This document shows, in pieces, positions 61,222 to 64,000 of a stretch of 64,000 bases of DNA. The stretch comes from Ignavibacteriota bacterium. GTDB lineage: Bacteria; Bacteroidota; Ignavibacteria; UBA10030; UBA6906. Each line of letters starts with the position of its first letter. Position 1 is the stretch's first letter. The stretch lies in assembly GCA_963801355.1 (NCBI GenBank), contig CAWDEM010000004.1, positions 1,376,001 through 1,440,000 on the forward strand, given 5' to 3'. Position numbers and translations under genes: made by a program. The notes under the pieces are model-generated. The model was not told the DNA's origin, did not search any database, and saw only the letters and a program-made list of their open reading frames with translations.

Positions 61222-62621
61222 AGCGGCTCATGCGAAGCATAGTGTCGCTGGTGTCCGGCGATACCGCGGGGAGAATCATCGGCTTCGCTATTACGGTGTA
61301 CCTGGCGCGCGTCCTCACCCCGGGAGGTTTCGGCATTTTCGGTATCGCTCTGGCTGTGCTCAGCCACATGCAGTTGATTGCCAATCCCGGCATCCCGCTC
61401 ATCGAGACCCGCAACGTAGCCGCAGCGTCGGGGTCGATGTCAGAACGCATTGGGGGTGTGCTGGTCGTCCGGATGACAATGGCGATCGTTATCGCGCTCC
61501 TGGCCGGCATTCTTGTGCCGCTCATCGTCAGTTCCCCTGAGCTGACAAGCTGCATTCTGCTCACCCTCCTCTCCCTTTTCCCAATGGCCATGTTTGTCGA
61601 CTGGGTTCTGCAGGGGAAAGAAGATTTTGTCCCTCTCAGTATCGCGCGGGTGCTGGGGTATGCCGCATATGCGGCCGGTGTCTTCATGCTGATCCGCTCA
61701 TCCGCCGATGTCCTGTACGCGCCGGTCGCGTTCTTCATCGGAAATATGATAACCGCCGCGGCTCTGCTGATCGGCCTTGCCCGGAGGTACGGAGTGCCAA
61801 AGATTGGCTGGACGCCCGTCCTCTGGCGTGCTATTTTGACGCAAAACGCCCCGACGGGAGCGGCGATGTTCTTCGGCCAGATGGTGTTCAATTTGCCGCC
61901 TCTCGTCGTAGGCTATTTCCTCGGGACATCTGAAGCAGGCCTGTACACCGCCGGGACGAAGCTGGTCTTCCTGTTGCTGATGGCAGACAGGATACTCAAT
62001 GCGGTCCTTCTCCCCGCTCTGACCCGTCTGCTTGGTGAGCGGCCGGACGAAGTGCCGGGGGTGTTGACCTTGATGTTGAAGCTCGTCTGGCTCATCGGGG
62101 TTCCCATTGCGCTCGTCGGCGCGCTTGTCGCCCCCCCGGTGATCGATCTGGTGTTCGGTGGGGCATATGACGGTGCGGCTGTTGTTACACAGGTGCTGTT
62201 TGTGTATGTTGGTTTGACGCTGCTCAATTCCGTCGCCGTCTGCACAATTATCGCCACGAAGAACGAAGGTGCGTATGCGCGGCGGATGATTGCGGGTTCG
62301 GCTCTCCTGTCAATCGCCGTGATTGTCCTTACTCCATTTTTCGGGATTGCCGGTGCAGCCGCGGGTGCGGCGGTCGGTGAGGCGGTGACACTCATCCTCA
62401 TGGCAACGAAAGCTATGCGATTACAGCCACTCGTGAAATCCGGCCTCACGCCGCGAGGTGCATTGGTGCTCGTGCCGCTGGTCCTCATCGGCTGGTGGTC
62501 CTCCGTGCTCCATGCCGCGGTGGCGGCTGCGATAGTCATTGTTGCCTGGGGTGTTCTCATGATGGCGACTCGTGCCATAGACAAGAATGACCGCGCGCAA
62601 TTGCGCGCCCTCCTGTTATGA
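61218..62621 (+). CDS. Wzx/MOP-family oligosaccharide flippase
   Basis: YLARVL...FG, DWVLQG.E, AGLYTA, FGIAGAA; many TM segments. Confidence 0.85.
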   Translation: MKRLMRSIVSLVSGDTAGRIIGFAITVYLARVLTPGGFGIFGIALAVLSHMQLIANPGIPLIETRNVAAASGSMSERIGGVLVVRMTMAIVIALLAGILVPLIVSSPELTSCILLTLLSLFPMAMFVDWVLQGKEDFVPLSIARVLGYAAYAAGVFMLIRSSADVLYAPVAFFIGNMITAAALLIGLARRYGVPKIGWTPVLWRAILTQNAPTGAAMFFGQMVFNLPPLVVGYFLGTSEAGLYTAGTKLVFLLLMADRILNAVLLPALTRLLGERPDEVPGVLTLMLKLVWLIGVPIALVGALVAPPVIDLVFGGAYDGAAVVTQVLFVYVGLTLLNSVAVCTIIATKNEGAYARRMIAGSALLSIAVIVLTPFFGIAGAAAGAAVGEAVTLILMATKAMRLQPLVKSGLTPRGALVLVPLVLIGWWSSVLHAAVAAAIVIVAWGVLMMATRAIDKNDRAQLRALLL

Positions 62622-64000
62622 AACTTGTGGCCGGTCTGGTCTCGCCTTCACCCGCATGGGAAGCTCTTCTCTCGCAGGAAGGGCTGCCGTGGATGCATCT
62701 TCCCGCACGGGCGGATTGGTGGGATCTGTGCAGCGTGTTGATCGTTACCCACCGTCTGGAAGGGAAAGAACGCGATCACGCCGCAGAATACCTGCGGCAC
62801 GGCGGGGCGATCCTCGGGTCGGCCCATCATTTCAACGGGCTGGCACACACGAGCACGCGGCCGGCACATTTGCGATACATCATCTCCGATGGGGATCCTC
62901 TCTTCGCCCCCGTGCGATTGATTGATCTCGCCATGACCGGGGAGATCCCCCGGGAGGCAAACCATCTCCGTACAGACGGCAATGAACACGCAGTGTTTGC
63001 GGGCGAGCTGGGCGGCGGTGTGGGAGTGGCCCTGCCGTTCGACGTCCAGACGGCAATGGCCGATGCGCGGGTGACAGCGAAGGCCTTCTATTGTCCCCAA
63101 GAACGTCTCCCCTCAGAACGGGTTTCCCTGGTTTCCCGGGGAGAAGTCAGGCATCTTGTGCGGTCCGCCCTGGCATGGCTCCACCACGTGCGGAAACTCC
63201 CGTATGCCCATCTCTGGTACTATCCGGGCCGATCGCAATCGGTGGCCACGTTGCGGGTTGACACCGACGGAGCGCCCAGGGATGACATTGATATCCTGTA
63301 CGGCATCATCCGTGAGGCGGGCGTGCGGGGGAGCTGGTTTCTGGATGTGCGGGCTCACGAGACCTGGTTGCCGCACTTTCGCACGCTCGACGGACAGGAG
63401 ATAGGTCTTCATTGCTATGAACACCGGTTTGGCCGGGATATGGAGGCCGATGCAGCCAACATTCGCCGCGGCTCTGAGCTCCTCAGCGCCGCCGGATGGG
63501 CCGTCGGAGGTTTCGCAGCCCCTTTCGGTACATGGACACCTGCCCATGCCGCCCTCATTGACAGGATGGGATTCCAATACTCTTCGGAATTCAGTTGCGG
63601 GTATGACACGGTTCCCTTCCTGCCCGCGCGCCGTACGGGCTCATTTGCCACCCTGCAGGTGCCGGTACATCCCATCAGTATCGGGAGCCTCAGGCGGGCA
63701 GGCGCCGGTGCGCGTGTGATGCAACAGTACTTTGAAGATACGGCTGCGGATCTCCTGTCACGTCATATGCCGCTGTTCTTCTACCACCATCCGACGCACA
63801 GGCATTGGGATGTCGTTCATACCATGTTGGATGCGTATCAACATCCCGGTGTCGCGAAGCTGACAATGGGCGAGTACGCACGGTGGTGGCAGCAGCGCGC
63901 GCTGCTGGATGTGGATATCGAAATTGAAGGTCAACACATCATTGTCCGCAACGGCGACCTTGCCGAGGCTGTGGACGTATCCTTGCATGTCGTTCGCCCG
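62618..64000 (+). CDS. Polysaccharide-deacetylase-like protein, 3'-truncated and absent from the ORF track
   Basis: Frame from MKLVAGLV read by eye: RVDTD, EIGLHCYEH, GFAAPFG, YSSEF, FYHHP; ATGA coupling to the flippase. Confidence 0.7.
   Translation, partial: MKLVAGLVSPSPAWEALLSQEGLPWMHLPARADWWDLCSVLIVTHRLEGKERDHAAEYLRHGGAILGSAHHFNGLAHTSTRPAHLRYIISDGDPLFAPVRLIDLAMTGEIPREANHLRTDGNEHAVFAGELGGGVGVALPFDVQTAMADARVTAKAFYCPQERLPSERVSLVSRGEVRHLVRSALAWLHHVRKLPYAHLWYYPGRSQSVATLRVDTDGAPRDDIDILYGIIREAGVRGSWFLDVRAHETWLPHFRTLDGQEIGLHCYEHRFGRDMEADAANIRRGSELLSAAGWAVGGFAAPFGTWTPAHAALIDRMGFQYSSEFSCGYDTVPFLPARRTGSFATLQVPVHPISIGSLRRAGAGARVMQQYFEDTAADLLSRHMPLFFYHHPTHRHWDVVHTMLDAYQHPGVAKLTMGEYARWWQQRALLDVDIEIEGQHIIVRNGDLAEAVDVSLHVVRP

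Noticed and set aside
1-64000. CRISPR arrays, rRNA, IS or phage genes, riboswitches
   Set aside because: No regularly spaced repeats or recognisable motifs were seen by eye; an Rfam/Infernal scan of intergenic regions such as 30810-31083 would be needed to exclude ncRNAs.

Overview
GC-rich bacterial chromosomal window, most likely from an Ignavibacteria/Chlorobi-like Bacteroidota-superphylum lineage (inferred from the GWxTD protein, gene content and E. coli-like TTG-N17-TATMTT promoters). Most of it is housekeeping: ppdK, queA, ispD, plsY, gpsA, hppA, recG, dnaG, cdsA, rimO, rnhB, cstA, carB, hisS, hutH and msrB. Four things stand out. (1) A tRNA-His(GUG) gene that lacks the near-universal G-1:C73 identity pair (it has T-1, G1:U72, A73) sits directly upstream of an alphaproteobacterial-type HisRS and hutH, suggesting a co-located non-canonical tRNA-His/HisRS pair outside the clade where I know this to be described. 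(2) A self-contained operon of two non-Ddl ATP-grasp ligases, a GNAT and a lysine 2,3-aminomutase-like radical SAM enzyme has a coupled 22-aa upstream ORF and is a candidate beta-amino-acid peptide pathway. (3) carB is directly followed by an sxtI/J/K-like carbamoyltransferase triad. (4) A compositionally distinct catabolic island of about 13 kb encodes a LarA-family epimerase, a heparinase II/III-like lyase, an aminotransferase, a deacylase and dehydrogenases, one of them frameshifted, with Pho-box-like repeats at its right end. No CRISPR array, rRNA, integrase or IS element was seen. All family calls come from motif recognition by eye, not database searches.
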